Positions 29,064-39,498 of a stretch of DNA of 64,000 nucleotides are shown in pieces. The first letter of the stretch is position 1. Each line of letters starts with the position of its first letter. The notes below the pieces were generated by a model, which was given only the letters and a program-made list of their open reading frames with translations, ran no database searches and was not told the origin of the DNA. The stretch comes from Eubacteriales bacterium (GTDB lineage Bacteria; Bacillota; Clostridia; Oscillospirales; CAG-272): assembly GCA_045540175.1 (NCBI GenBank), contig JAZQGU010000047.1, positions 187-64,186 on the forward strand. The letters run 5' to 3'. The position numbers and the translations under genes were made by a program.

Positions 29064-31001
29064 TTATCTTCTGTAATTATTTCTTCTCTGATTATTTCTC
29101 GACTGATTTGTTCTCGAGCGCGATCTGCGACGGCGGTTTCTGCGGCTCTCCATATAAACTGCGCTGATGATAAATATAACGATCACAATGAGGATCATTA
29201 CAAGCGCAAGCAGGAACAGCTTGCCGAGGTCGACGACTCCGCCGAGAGCGTTATTTCTTCTCGGACCGGTCGTGATGGGGGGATCCGTCTCGTCGCCCGT
29301 GCTGGTATCGGGGGGATTTGTTGTAGTTGGAGTAGTGGTAGTATCGCTAGTCGACATTGCAAGGTACTCGGCATAAGTTATCTGCTGATGCTCTTCCTTG
29401 CCGCAGATTTTACAAACTCGGTTACGGACACCGTCTACGTTAACAGTAGGCTTGCTCTTCCATTCCCATTCGCCAAAATCGTGCTCGCCCGTTGCGGGGA
29501 TCACCTTTTCTTCAACCGTTGCTCCGCAAACAGTACATACCGACTTATCATAGCCGTCATTGCCGCAGTCTGCGTCCTTATGCTCGGGCTCTGTGGTAGC
29601 GTGCTGGCACTGACCCGACTTAACCGAAAGAACGAGCTCGTCGTCCGCCTTTATATCTCCGCAGGAAACGGTGATTTTCTTTCCGTCAAGAGAGAGGATA
29701 ACGTCTGCGCCGTGCTTCGGGTTTGTAGTTATTCCGTATTCGCTGAATTTGCTCTTGCTTATCTTGACGTTCGATGCTACCGCAAAATCAACCGTTATCT
29801 GCATATTGGAAAGATCGATGGTGTCGCCTTCGGTATATGAAAGCTGGGGCTTTTTGCTTACCGAGATACCGACGATGCCGTCGGCAGTAACAGATACCTT
29901 ATCCGATTCTCCGCTCGAAAGGTTACCGGTTTCAACGTCGCTGAGCGACGCGGAATTTGCCTCAACCGTCACCTTGTACTTATCGCCGAACTTAAGTCCG
30001 CTGATCGTTCCCGTAAGCTTGGAGGTTGCGATCTCTTTTGCGTCTCCGTTCTTGTCATAGACCTTAACGATATATGTGCTGACATAGTCCTCGGGGTTAT
30101 CGTCGGTGATCGTGAAATTGACAACTCCCTTGATCTTGTCAACGGTAAGCTTTATCGTGGGCTTAGATAGCGTTCCTCTGTACTTGTATTCGTTCGAGGT
30201 TGCGGCGTCTCCGTCCTTAAAGAGGTCGCTTCCCGACTTTGCATATACGGTAAAGGAATACTTACCGCCGAGGTTATTCTTTATAAGAGTTGTAAGATCG
30301 TAGCTTGTTTCGGTTGCGGTAAGGGACTTACCGAGAGCTTCGCCGTCCTTATATACCTGAATAACATAAGAGCCGGCGCCCTCGACAGGGTTCCACTTTG
30401 CATGTCCGTCTTCAAGAGTGGGAGCCTCGGGAGAAGGAAGCTTCTTTATCAGATCAACGTCAAGAGATCCGCACTCAAAGCCCGTGACCTCAAAGGATCC
30501 TCCGTCGCTTCCGTATGTATCGATATCGGAGCCGTCGATATAAATTTCCGCCCCGCTGCTTGCTTTCGCATCAGCCTTTACCTTTACCGACACCTTGAAA
30601 TCAAGCACGCCGTTTTTGGTAACTGTCGCAATTTTTCCCTGAACGGGGTCACCCATTGCCGTGATAACGACTCTTCCGTTTTCCTTATCGGCATCAACAC
30701 ACTCAATCACCCAGTCTTTAACCTCGGGGCAGGTGACCTTCATTGTCGAAGCGTCGAAAAACGCCGTATCGAATTTTAGCACCATATTTATGCTTCCGAG
30801 ACCGTCGCTGTAAGAATCATCGGCAGCCTTGATATTGATATCCTTGACAGAAACGGTAAACTCGGCAGTTTCTCCCGCCGTAACGGCAGCCGCACCGCTT
30901 ACGGATATCTTAAACGGTGCCTCCTCGGCAGATACCGAGACAGACATAGCGCAAAGCGCAAAAAGCATTGCGGCGACAAAAAATGCAATAAACTTCTTCA
31001 T
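29064..31001 (-). CDS. Membrane-anchored surface protein: cohesin-like domain, two Fn3-like domains, bacterial Ig-like domain, Cys/His-rich repeat, Thr/Pro linker, TM, Arg-rich tail
   Basis: Signal peptide; V.AGET.EFTVSV..GLGSINMVLKFD cohesin-like pattern; W.PV.GA.SY..QVY Fn3; GISV.K.P...Y.EGD..DLS Big_3-like. Confidence 0.7.
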   Translation of the reverse strand: MKKFIAFFVAAMLFALCAMSVSVSAEEAPFKISVSGAAAVTAGETAEFTVSVKDINIKAADDSYSDGLGSINMVLKFDTAFFDASTMKVTCPEVKDWVIECVDADKENGRVVITAMGDPVQGKIATVTKNGVLDFKVSVKVKADAKASSGAEIYIDGSDIDTYGSDGGSFEVTGFECGSLDVDLIKKLPSPEAPTLEDGHAKWNPVEGAGSYVIQVYKDGEALGKSLTATETSYDLTTLIKNNLGGKYSFTVYAKSGSDLFKDGDAATSNEYKYRGTLSKPTIKLTVDKIKGVVNFTITDDNPEDYVSTYIVKVYDKNGDAKEIATSKLTGTISGLKFGDKYKVTVEANSASLSDVETGNLSSGESDKVSVTADGIVGISVSKKPQLSYTEGDTIDLSNMQITVDFAVASNVKISKSKFSEYGITTNPKHGADVILSLDGKKITVSCGDIKADDELVLSVKSGQCQHATTEPEHKDADCGNDGYDKSVCTVCGATVEEKVIPATGEHDFGEWEWKSKPTVNVDGVRNRVCKICGKEEHQQITYAEYLAMSTSDTTTTPTTTNPPDTSTGDETDPPITTGPRRNNALGGVVDLGKLFLLALVMILIVIVIFIISAVYMESRRNRRRRSRSRTNQSRNNQRRNNYRR

Positions 31002-31019
31002 GATCTTTCCTCTTAAGCC

Positions 31020-32198
31020 TTATTTGTAAATATTGAAGGTGCCGAAAATGTGCATCTTAATTCTCTGATAGTCCATAGTGGTAATGTTTGCCCTGCCCGC
31101 TACAAGCGCAGCCTGATAATACGCTCCCTCAAGCTCAAAGGTTCCGAACAGACACATTTTTACTCTCTGGTAATCCATCGTGTCGATTCTTCCGTTTCCG
31201 CTGACGTCGCCGAGAACAACGACCGTCACGGTATGTACCTTTTCTTCGCCGTGCATAAGAGAAACCGTATAACCCGTTCCGATAAGCGCGGTGGGCGATG
31301 TGATCTCAACGCCGTTCGCGTTAAAGACCTTTATGCTTTCGCCGTTTTCGAAATTCGAAATCAGTCCTTCAAGCGTCGTTCTTTCGACTACCTTGCGAAG
31401 CCATTCGCCGTCGATAAGATAGCCGCTTTCTTCCTTAAGCTCAAGCTCCTTCGGCTTTTCAACAACTGTAAGCGTCAGGCTCTTGCCCTCGGAAATGTAC
31501 TCATCAAGGAGCACAGCCTTAAACACAAGTGGAAATTCTCCTGTCTGAGTCGGAATACCGCTCAGCGTTCCGTCAGGTGTAAAGGAAAGTCCCGTAGGAA
31601 GCTCACCCTCAACACTCCAGGTCAGAAAATCCGAATCTCCTCCGTCGAGCTTGAAGGAATACTCGTATCCGAGCATTGCCTCGGGAAGCTCGTTTGTTAT
31701 AACCGTCGGAGCGGTTATTTCCTGGGCTTCGTGAACAATACTGCTGTTCTCTATTACAGGGGTGATGAACTCTTCCCCGTCCGTTAACTGGTAAGTATAG
31801 AATCTGAGAGATATATCCCCCTTATCCGTCACCTTGAACGTGATCGTACAGTAATCGCCGGTTTTCGTTACCTTTTCGCCGGCAATTATGATACCATACG
31901 CGCCCGTATTTTCTCCCGTGACGGCTTTCAAGGCGGTAGTTTCCTCGCCGTCGAGAGTCGCACCGACGCAGGTCAGGTTGTACGACGGAACGAAATACAG
32001 CGTTCCGAAGCTGAATCCCGAATTATTCTTTATATTCACCGTATAAGTCACGGTATCTCCGAGCTTGATCTTTTCTTCGATCGGCACACTTGATAAAAAG
32101 GAGAACGTAATATTCCCCTCGGCAAATATTGCCGACGGCAGGCAAAGCATCAGCATCGCCGCTGACAAAACAAGCGAAATAATGCGTCTAAATTTCAT
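31020..32198 (-). CDS. Secreted protein: cohesin-like domain, He_PIG Ig domain, X-module and dockerin-like C-terminus
   Basis: K.GDTVTYTVNIKNNSG..G..CTITFKV; LP.GLSF..DGTLSG.PT; IGTG..V..VVVLGDVSGNGRIDTMDY..AA....ITTMDY. Confidence 0.72.
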   Translation of the reverse strand: MKFRRIISLVLSAAMLMLCLPSAIFAEGNITFSFLSSVPIEEKIKLGDTVTYTVNIKNNSGFSFGTLYFVPSYNLTCVGATLDGEETTALKAVTGENTGAYGIIIAGEKVTKTGDYCTITFKVTDKGDISLRFYTYQLTDGEEFITPVIENSSIVHEAQEITAPTVITNELPEAMLGYEYSFKLDGGDSDFLTWSVEGELPTGLSFTPDGTLSGIPTQTGEFPLVFKAVLLDEYISEGKSLTLTVVEKPKELELKEESGYLIDGEWLRKVVERTTLEGLISNFENGESIKVFNANGVEITSPTALIGTGYTVSLMHGEEKVHTVTVVVLGDVSGNGRIDTMDYQRVKMCLFGTFELEGAYYQAALVAGRANITTMDYQRIKMHIFGTFNIYK

Positions 32199-32236
32199 AT
32201 TTCGTCCTTCCTTTCAAAATTAAGGTCACTTATATG

Positions 32237-32265
32237 ATTATACTATGAAGGTCGCATTTTGTCAA
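32237..32265 (-). promoter_or_regulatory. SigA promoter of the cohesin/dockerin operon
   Basis: Perfect TTGACA-N17-TATAAT on the minus strand. Confidence 0.8.
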
Positions 32266-32347
32266 TAACAGACGGGCTTCTATTTTAGTCTTATGTGTAA
32301 ATATATGAGGAATTTTTTTGAATATGAAAAAACGCCCGAGGGCGTTT

Positions 32348-33334
32348 TTACAGATTATTAAGATCGTCGTACCTACGCACTGTGATATTCTTCCTATAAT
32401 AGGAATTAAACATTCCGAAAGGCGCAATAAGACCGATAAACGCCGCCTTTTGCTTGAAAGCGATTTCGGGAAGGCGCGGAGCAAATACGACGCACGGAAA
32501 AAGCTTAAAATAATATTTATAAAAACTGAAACCGATGCCCAACTGCTTTTTCAGCACCCTCGCTTTCGTAATACAGCCGATGAGCTGCTTCACGGCATAA
32601 GCATACGCAGGGCAAGGACCGAGCTTTTTATACAGAGAAATATGCTCTTTGAATATATCGAGCACCACGAGCTTTTTCTTTGAGAATTTCGCATTCATTA
32701 TCGTTCCGAGTTCGGGACTCTTTCTGTAATAATAAAGCTTCGCTTTTGTAAAAGCAAGCGTTTTCACGCGCTGAAGAACGTACGGCATAATATGAGTATC
32801 CTCATAATATATGCCCTCCTTGAAACGCAGAGAGGAAAATACCTCTTTTTTATAGAGCTTTCCCCACGCCTCGGAGCGCTCGTACATTTTTCCCGAAAGA
32901 AGAAGCTCTGCCGCGTCCTCGGTCATGACATCGTACTTAATTTCGTCCTTTACGATATCGCTTTCGTTCTGAAAAATCCTGAACATACAAACCGACATAT
33001 CGGCGTCGGTCTTTTTTATCGCGCCGTACAGGACAGATACCATTTCGGAGTCTATAATATCGTCGCTGTCCACAAAGGTGATATAATCCCCCGTCGCGTG
33101 CTCGATTCCCGTGTTTCTCGCCGCCGAAAGACCGCCGTTTTCTCGGTGGATCACCTTTATTCTTTCGTCCGCTTCCGCAAGCTTTTCGCACATTTCGAGG
33201 CAGCGGTCGGGGCTTCCGTCGTTAACGAGTATTATTTCAAGATCGGCGTAGCTCTGCGCCAAAATACTCTTAACGCAGGCGTCAAGAGTTTTTTCGACCT
33301 TATATACCGGAACTATCACCGAAATCTTTTGCAT
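32348..33334 (-). CDS. Glycosyltransferase family 2
   Basis: ISVIVPVYKVE, VNDGSPD, NGGLSAARN.G, FVDSDD, YED. Confidence 0.92.
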   Translation of the reverse strand: MQKISVIVPVYKVEKTLDACVKSILAQSYADLEIILVNDGSPDRCLEMCEKLAEADERIKVIHRENGGLSAARNTGIEHATGDYITFVDSDDIIDSEMVSVLYGAIKKTDADMSVCMFRIFQNESDIVKDEIKYDVMTEDAAELLLSGKMYERSEAWGKLYKKEVFSSLRFKEGIYYEDTHIMPYVLQRVKTLAFTKAKLYYYRKSPELGTIMNAKFSKKKLVVLDIFKEHISLYKKLGPCPAYAYAVKQLIGCITKARVLKKQLGIGFSFYKYYFKLFPCVVFAPRLPEIAFKQKAAFIGLIAPFGMFNSYYRKNITVRRYDDLNNL

Positions 33335-33339
33335 AACAG

Positions 33340-34419
33340 TTACTGCTTTCTCGAATATTCTAGTAGGATCTTTTTAAGCTCGCCGTACTTAGGGAGGATT
33401 GGCGAAGGATCATAACTGCCGACCGAGCCGCAAAGCTCGTCAATAAGCGAAACCGCCTCGTCAGCGTCAGTTGCGAACCTTAAATACGACAGGTGGGAGA
33501 GCACGCTGTACGACTGTCTCACCTTATGATTGAAGTTACCGAAAACTATGCACGGAGTCTCCGTAATTGCCGAAAAGACCATACCGTGAAGACGGTCGGT
33601 AATAACCAAACTTGCCCCTGAAAGCTCCTTCATTTTGCCCGAAACGTATCGGAGATGCTCTTGCCTTGGAACCTCGTCCTTGTCGGCGATCATATCGGTA
33701 TATCCGAAATTTATTCCGTGCTCCTTGAGAGCCGACGCGATTTTTTCCTTGTCCGCGTCGGATATCGACCTTTCAAAATCGCCTCTGAAGCAGAGAAGCG
33801 CACCGCTTCGGACGCCATTCTTTATTCCGAAGTCATTTTTCTCCATGCTCATAACGACGTCGGGAGAATAAATAAGGCTTGCATTCGGGAATATCTGCCT
33901 TGCTTTTTCGAGCGAATCCCCGTCGCGCAGAGCAATAGTCAGCTTTTTATGGGCGCCGTAGACGCGCGAAGCCTCCTCCATATCGGCATCACCCTCGGGG
34001 TCCTGCGAAAAATGCACAGTCTGTGGAAAAATGACTGACGGGTTATCTGAAAGCTCCGTCAGGAGCATTCTTCTCACCCTCTCCTCGTATCCGTAAAAAT
34101 TTCCGAGGTTTCCGCCCCCGTGATAGCAGATAAGAGTATCCTTGCGGACAGCTTTTTTCAGCATAAGGATATTGTCCTCACACTCGTCCGTGCTCAAAGA
34201 AACGAAGCTTATACGGCAGGCGCGAAGGAATTTCTTTTCCGCAAGCGCTATCGCCATATCCCCAATATTGGAGTGGTTCGGAACACCAACGAGCAACGCC
34301 TTTTTATTCGTCTTTCTGCCGATCCCGCAAACGCGCAATCTCACGCGGAGATGCCGCGTACGGTAGAGGAAGGAGCGCCACGCTCTTCTAACGATGTTCA
34401 TATTTTCCCTTTCGGTCAA
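33340..34419 (-). CDS. Polysaccharide pyruvyl transferase
   Basis: P.HSNIGD.AI, GGGNLG, FPQT, R..S, PD.V, ITDRLHGM. Confidence 0.88.
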   Translation of the reverse strand: MTERENMNIVRRAWRSFLYRTRHLRVRLRVCGIGRKTNKKALLVGVPNHSNIGDMAIALAEKKFLRACRISFVSLSTDECEDNILMLKKAVRKDTLICYHGGGNLGNFYGYEERVRRMLLTELSDNPSVIFPQTVHFSQDPEGDADMEEASRVYGAHKKLTIALRDGDSLEKARQIFPNASLIYSPDVVMSMEKNDFGIKNGVRSGALLCFRGDFERSISDADKEKIASALKEHGINFGYTDMIADKDEVPRQEHLRYVSGKMKELSGASLVITDRLHGMVFSAITETPCIVFGNFNHKVRQSYSVLSHLSYLRFATDADEAVSLIDELCGSVGSYDPSPILPKYGELKKILLEYSRKQ

Positions 34420-35705
34420 TCAGTATTTTTGCCCTCGCTGCCGCAGACCTTCATGGGCGGGAACTTGATCGAGCCCCACCACATCTGAGACCAGACGGAT
34501 CTGTCGTCCTGTCTGTTGATAACTGTAAAGTTGCAGGCTCTTCCGACGGCGTCAAGGAAGATCGGATTGCCGTTATCGTCATACTGGCAAATCGCAAAGC
34601 TGAGGTAATATACCCCCTGTGCGAGAAGCGACGTATCAAAGGCAAGCGTCGCGCTCGCCATATCCTGAGGATCAAATGAACCGATATCATCAGAAACGCT
34701 GATTCCGACTGCCACGTCATCACGGGATTTTACCGTGATCCTCATTTTCACCTTTTCAATAGGTCTGTCAACTCGGAAATTGATCTTGAATTTCAGCGGA
34801 TCGCCCGTTCTCACAGTCGCATTCTCGCAGTCGATAAACTCCATGCTGTGTAAGAATGCACCGCCCATAAGATTTCCGCTGTGCTTCTTATCGTGAAGAG
34901 TGACTACGTTACTGCCGCTGTCGGAATTGTTCATATATATAGCAATTCCCTCTTCAACGCTTCCGTCAAATATCAGCTTGCCCTTATCAAGAACGATAAC
35001 TCTGTCGCAAAGCTGGCGGATAGTATTCATATTGTGCGAAACGTAAAGAACCGTCTTTCCTTCTTCTTCCGCCGACTGACGCATTTTGGTCAGGCACTTG
35101 TTCTGGAACGCCATATCTCCGACGGCAAGAACCTCGTCCATAATGACTATATCCGCATCAAGATGCGCCGCAACCGAGAAGGCAAGCTTAACGTACATTC
35201 CGGAGGAATACCTCTTAACGGGAGTATCTATAAACTGTCTTACCTCTGAAAACTCGATTATTTCCTCGATCTTTTCGTCGATCTCGTGCTTCGACATACC
35301 GAGGATCGCACCGTTCATATATATGTTCTCGCGTCCCGTCAGCTCGGGATGAAAGCCTGTGCCGACCTCAAGCATGGAAGCAACTCTTCCGTTAAGGGAG
35401 ATAGTTCCCTTTGTCGGTCCCGTAATACGGGTAACGAGCTTGAGAAGCGTGCTCTTTCCCGCGCCGTTTTTTCCGATTATTCCGACAGCCTCACCCTTCT
35501 TTACCTCAAAGGAGACACCGTCGAGAGCATAGAACTTTTCATTCGACAATGGTCTGCTCTTCTGACCTATCTTGAGCGTTGGATCCTCTTTTTTGCGTAA
35601 ACGCGCGGAAAGGCGCTGAAGATCCTCCTTCAGAGTCGTGCCTCCGATGGCACCGAGGCGGTACTGCTTTGAAACGCCCTCACAGCGAAGCATAATTTCA
35701 CTCAT
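34416..35705 (-). CDS. wzt: Glycan ABC exporter ATP-binding subunit with C-terminal carbohydrate-binding domain
   Basis: GKNGAGKSTL, VGTGFHPELTGREN, YSSGM, DEVLAVGD plus ~170 aa C-terminal extension. Confidence 0.9.
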   Translation of the reverse strand: MSEIMLRCEGVSKQYRLGAIGGTTLKEDLQRLSARLRKKEDPTLKIGQKSRPLSNEKFYALDGVSFEVKKGEAVGIIGKNGAGKSTLLKLVTRITGPTKGTISLNGRVASMLEVGTGFHPELTGRENIYMNGAILGMSKHEIDEKIEEIIEFSEVRQFIDTPVKRYSSGMYVKLAFSVAAHLDADIVIMDEVLAVGDMAFQNKCLTKMRQSAEEEGKTVLYVSHNMNTIRQLCDRVIVLDKGKLIFDGSVEEGIAIYMNNSDSGSNVVTLHDKKHSGNLMGGAFLHSMEFIDCENATVRTGDPLKFKINFRVDRPIEKVKMRITVKSRDDVAVGISVSDDIGSFDPQDMASATLAFDTSLLAQGVYYLSFAICQYDDNGNPIFLDAVGRACNFTVINRQDDRSVWSQMWWGSIKFPPMKVCGSEGKNTD

Positions 35706-35719
35706 TAAAGCATACCTCC

Positions 35720-36595
35720 TTAAACCGTATCCGCAAAGTTCTTCTCAATGCGGTTGAACAGGATCAATCCGAAGAACGCAATAGCAAGCGTCACAGCCCA
35801 ACCGACAAGATAATAAACGATATCGAAGTATCCCGCACCGAAAACCCCGTATCGGAAGGAAAGGATCGCGGGGGTGACGGGATTGAGATTGTATAGACCA
35901 ATATATTTTGCCGGAATAAGAAGCAGACCGTAGGCAACGGGAGTTGCATACTGCCAAAGGTTAAGACCGAAGCCGACAAGCATTGAAAGGTCGCGGTATT
36001 TTGTCGTGAGCGCTGATATTATGATTCCTACGCCCGTCGAAAGAAGCATAAGCTGCAATATTGAAAGCGGAATGAATATCAGGTGATAAGAGAACACGAA
36101 TTCAGCACTTCCATTTATGATGCATCCGATATAAAGGATAACGAACATCGCAAGCTGGATACCGAACGATATAAGATTTGATATCGCAGTCGATATCGGC
36201 ATTGCAATACGCGGAAAGTACACCTTCCCCATAATGTGCGCGTTCGCTAAGAATGTGTGGCTTGTTGCCGAAACGACGGAGGAAAAATATCCCCAAAGTA
36301 TCGTACCGCTCATATAGAAGAGGAAAGACGGAACCTTCGGCGCGGGAACTGCGTCGGCTGTCGTCAGCTGTGCAAGCGTTCCGAATATTATAGTATAAAC
36401 CACCGTAGTAAATAGCGGTTGTATTATCGCCCAAAGCGGACCGAGTATCGTCTGCTTGTACTTGGATACGAAATCTCTCTTTACGAAAAGGAGGATCATA
36501 TCCTTGTATTTAAGCACCTCTCTCAGCTTCAGGTCGAATATTTTTTTGTCAGCAGATACGACGGTCTTAAAGCCGCCATTCTTTTCTTCAGCCAT
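35720..36595 (-). CDS. wzm: Glycan ABC exporter permease
   Basis: RDF..KYKQT.LG.LW, KVYFPR, YRD, Y.TP..Y, NP. Confidence 0.9.
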   Translation of the reverse strand: MAEEKNGGFKTVVSADKKIFDLKLREVLKYKDMILLFVKRDFVSKYKQTILGPLWAIIQPLFTTVVYTIIFGTLAQLTTADAVPAPKVPSFLFYMSGTILWGYFSSVVSATSHTFLANAHIMGKVYFPRIAMPISTAISNLISFGIQLAMFVILYIGCIINGSAEFVFSYHLIFIPLSILQLMLLSTGVGIIISALTTKYRDLSMLVGFGLNLWQYATPVAYGLLLIPAKYIGLYNLNPVTPAILSFRYGVFGAGYFDIVYYLVGWAVTLAIAFFGLILFNRIEKNFADTV

Positions 36596-36617
36596 TTTTA
36601 TACCTTTCTTAAGCCTG

Positions 36618-37577
36618 TCAATACGTTCTTTTTTTGAGCATCATAAAGAACCTCGGGCCGAGATAACGGAAAATACGGTATTTCAGCCTTTCCTTACTGC
36701 TCTGCGCATTTTTCACAAGGCATTTATAGTGCTTTCTGAACTCTTCCTTCGAGTATTTTTCGAGTCCCTTCGGGAGACTTCTTTCCCTCAGCGCAACGAA
36801 GATCTTATCCGCCGCGTTGCGTCTTGCGTAATATTCAAGAACTGTGTCACCCTTTGAACGGTAAAACTCCGCGTGCTCGTTAAAAATATCGAAATGGAGC
36901 CTGTATTCCCGCTCACCCTCATTTGTATGCATTATACTGCCGTTTCTCTGGCGGTAATGATATCCGCAGTAAGGGATGATCACGTACCTTTTCGCGTCGA
37001 AATACAGATACGGCATAAGGTGCAGATCCTCGTAAATGATCCCGACCTTGTATCTTTTACCCTCATAAATTTCCTTTTTCGCAAGCTTGGCGCAGGGCGA
37101 TGCAACCGGAGCGTTTATTCCGACCTCCGTGTCTCTGCCCTCAAGAGCGTCGCGGCCGCTTATCAATCTTTCTTTCGGCGGCTTTCTTTCGTAAAGAGGC
37201 TCGCCCTCCTCCGTCATATAGTAGAAGCCGCAGGCAACGACGTCGGCATCGGTCTCTTTAAGCTTTTTGTAAAGCGTTTCGATCATATCGGGCTCGATCG
37301 TATCGTCGCTGTCAACGGATACGATATAATCGCCCGTAGCATTATCAAGAGCTGTATTGCGGGTGACGCTGACGCCTCCGCGTCCGTTTCTTATCAGCTT
37401 TATTCTGCCGTCCTCACGCGCAAGCTCCTCGCATATCCCTGCAGTACCGTCGGAGCTTCCGTCATCTACAATTACGATCTCAATATTCTTGTACGTCTGC
37501 GCCATTACGCTTCTTACACACTCGCCTATAAATCTTTCGACGTTATAGGCGGGAATTATGACCGAAACCTTTTCCAT
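36618..37577 (-). CDS. Glycosyltransferase family 2
   Basis: VSVIIPAYNVE, VDDGSSD, VDSDD, YED. Confidence 0.92.
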   Translation of the reverse strand: MEKVSVIIPAYNVERFIGECVRSVMAQTYKNIEIVIVDDGSSDGTAGICEELAREDGRIKLIRNGRGGVSVTRNTALDNATGDYIVSVDSDDTIEPDMIETLYKKLKETDADVVACGFYYMTEEGEPLYERKPPKERLISGRDALEGRDTEVGINAPVASPCAKLAKKEIYEGKRYKVGIIYEDLHLMPYLYFDAKRYVIIPYCGYHYRQRNGSIMHTNEGEREYRLHFDIFNEHAEFYRSKGDTVLEYYARRNAADKIFVALRERSLPKGLEKYSKEEFRKHYKCLVKNAQSSKERLKYRIFRYLGPRFFMMLKKRTY

Positions 37578-37579
37578 TA

Positions 37580-38773
37580 TTAGCCTCTTTCAATAAACTC
37601 GTATATCTTCTCGACCTCGCTTGCGTTACCGTAATCGGTGCTGAGACAGTTTTCCGATAGCATAAGCATAAGCTCGCCGTCGAAAAGAAGCGAAGCGATA
37701 CCCTTCGCGCAGGCGGTATTTTCAAGCGGAACGATAATTCCGTCAAATCCGTCTTTTAGCTGGCTTTGCGCGGTTGCAAAATCGGTAATGACAACGGGCT
37801 TGCCGAGTATCTGTGCTTCAAGCACGGCTATTGCCTTACCCTCGTAAAGGCTCGGCTGAGCGTAAACGTCGCAGGCATCTATATACGGATAAGGATTCGC
37901 CTTCGATCCGAGAAGGATAACGGTGTCCTCCATTCCGTATTTTGCGATATTATCGCGTATTTTCTGCTCCTCCGTTCCGCTTCCGAGAATATACCACCTG
38001 AAATCCGCCCCCAGCTTCTTCATTTCGGAAGCAATGGCAGGAACAGATACAAAATTTTTCTGCTCGTGGAGCCGTCCGCAGGAAACGATGACGGGCTTGT
38101 CCGTCTTTATCTCCTTCTGCCCCTCGAGCGCCGATTTGCGGATAGCGTCAGGGGAATAAATATTGTCAATGCGGATCAGCCTGTCACATAGCGACGGGAA
38201 CTTCTTCAAAAACGCGTTGCTTACCGATTCTGATATCGAAACGATTCCGTCGTATTTTTCCCACATCTTAGTTTCCGACTCGGCGTCAATATCTATAAAC
38301 GAATAATCGGTGTGTATCCAGGCAAGCTTCTTTTTGCCGACGCACTTTTCAATCCCGAAATAGTGGGGAGTGAGAAAGCTGATAACGAGGTCATATTCCG
38401 TGTCGGAAATTTTCGGCATATACTTCTTCGTATACTTGTGGCTGTACTCGACCTCGACTCCGACGGGATTCTTAAGATCATGCTTTTTTGTGTACGATTT
38501 TGCTCGTTTTTTGCCCCAAAAACGCCCAAAAGCGACCCCAAAACAGCCCTTTTTCAAGGTGTTTGCGATCGGCTCGGCGAGGCAGGTATACTCCTTTATC
38601 TCGGGAAGCAGATTAATGCCCTCGGGTATAAGGTCAATAAGCTCGCCCTCCTGCTTCATCAAAAACAGATCGACTCGGTATTCGCTCTTGTCGAATGCCG
38701 AGAGGAGCCCGATAAGCGCTCTTTCGGCACCGCCTATATACATGGCGTGCGAAAGGATAAGTACCTTTTTCAT
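37580..38773 (-). CDS. Glycosyltransferase family 4
   Basis: GGAERAL, WIHTD, GRL..QK, PS.YEG......EA. Confidence 0.9.
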   Translation of the reverse strand: MKKVLILSHAMYIGGAERALIGLLSAFDKSEYRVDLFLMKQEGELIDLIPEGINLLPEIKEYTCLAEPIANTLKKGCFGVAFGRFWGKKRAKSYTKKHDLKNPVGVEVEYSHKYTKKYMPKISDTEYDLVISFLTPHYFGIEKCVGKKKLAWIHTDYSFIDIDAESETKMWEKYDGIVSISESVSNAFLKKFPSLCDRLIRIDNIYSPDAIRKSALEGQKEIKTDKPVIVSCGRLHEQKNFVSVPAIASEMKKLGADFRWYILGSGTEEQKIRDNIAKYGMEDTVILLGSKANPYPYIDACDVYAQPSLYEGKAIAVLEAQILGKPVVITDFATAQSQLKDGFDGIIVPLENTACAKGIASLLFDGELMLMLSENCLSTDYGNASEVEKIYEFIERG

Positions 38774-39498
38774 TTCTTTTTCCTTTTCAAAAAATCGAGG
38801 CAATGCTCACCGAAGGTTCGGCGGAGCTTTCTCGTTATCCTGACTCTGAAGCGCAGCCATCCGTTTATCCAGCTCGACGAATAGTGATGTATCGAAATCG
38901 TCTTATCGGTTATCGTAAGTATCCCCGTCGAATAGAACATCGGACACATATATTCAGACGGCAGGATTCTTATATTGCCGGGTAAAAGCTGATCCTTATT
39001 TTCCTTTTCAAAGCCGTATTTATATAGCGAACGGGTATTGCGGACGGGACAAGGGGTAAGGTCAAAGCTTCCGTCCTCCTTGAGAAACGCCTGCCCCTCG
39101 TAATCGTCCATCATCGTCTTTACAGCCGCGTTTCCCTGCTCGGCTCCGAAGCCGAGCCCAGATGCGACGGTTATTCCGTCCGATTCGATAGCAAAAAACG
39201 CCTCGTGCTCGAGCAGAAAGTCTATATTCTTAATGATCTCAACGTCTGTATCGAGATAGATACCGCCGTTTTCATAAACCACCTTAAGGCGCGCGTAGTC
39301 GCTGACGAACGCCCACTTTTTCATCTCGTACGCCTGTCTTACGTAAATCGGGCAGGACGAAATATCAAAGTTATCCTCGTTCCAGAGAACGATCTCATAG
39401 TCGGGGCAGTATTTTTTCCAGCTGCGTAAGCACTTTTTGCCGAGATGCGGAAGCGCGCTTCCGCCAAACCAAACGTAATGTATCTTCTTCGGTATCAT
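38770..39498 (-). CDS. Glycosyltransferase family 32 (OCH1-like, DxD)
   Basis: MIPKKIHY.WFG, SW....PDY, FVSDYAR, GGIYLDTDV. Confidence 0.9.
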   Translation of the reverse strand: MIPKKIHYVWFGGSALPHLGKKCLRSWKKYCPDYEIVLWNEDNFDISSCPIYVRQAYEMKKWAFVSDYARLKVVYENGGIYLDTDVEIIKNIDFLLEHEAFFAIESDGITVASGLGFGAEQGNAAVKTMMDDYEGQAFLKEDGSFDLTPCPVRNTRSLYKYGFEKENKDQLLPGNIRILPSEYMCPMFYSTGILTITDKTISIHHYSSSWINGWLRFRVRITRKLRRTFGEHCLDFLKRKKK

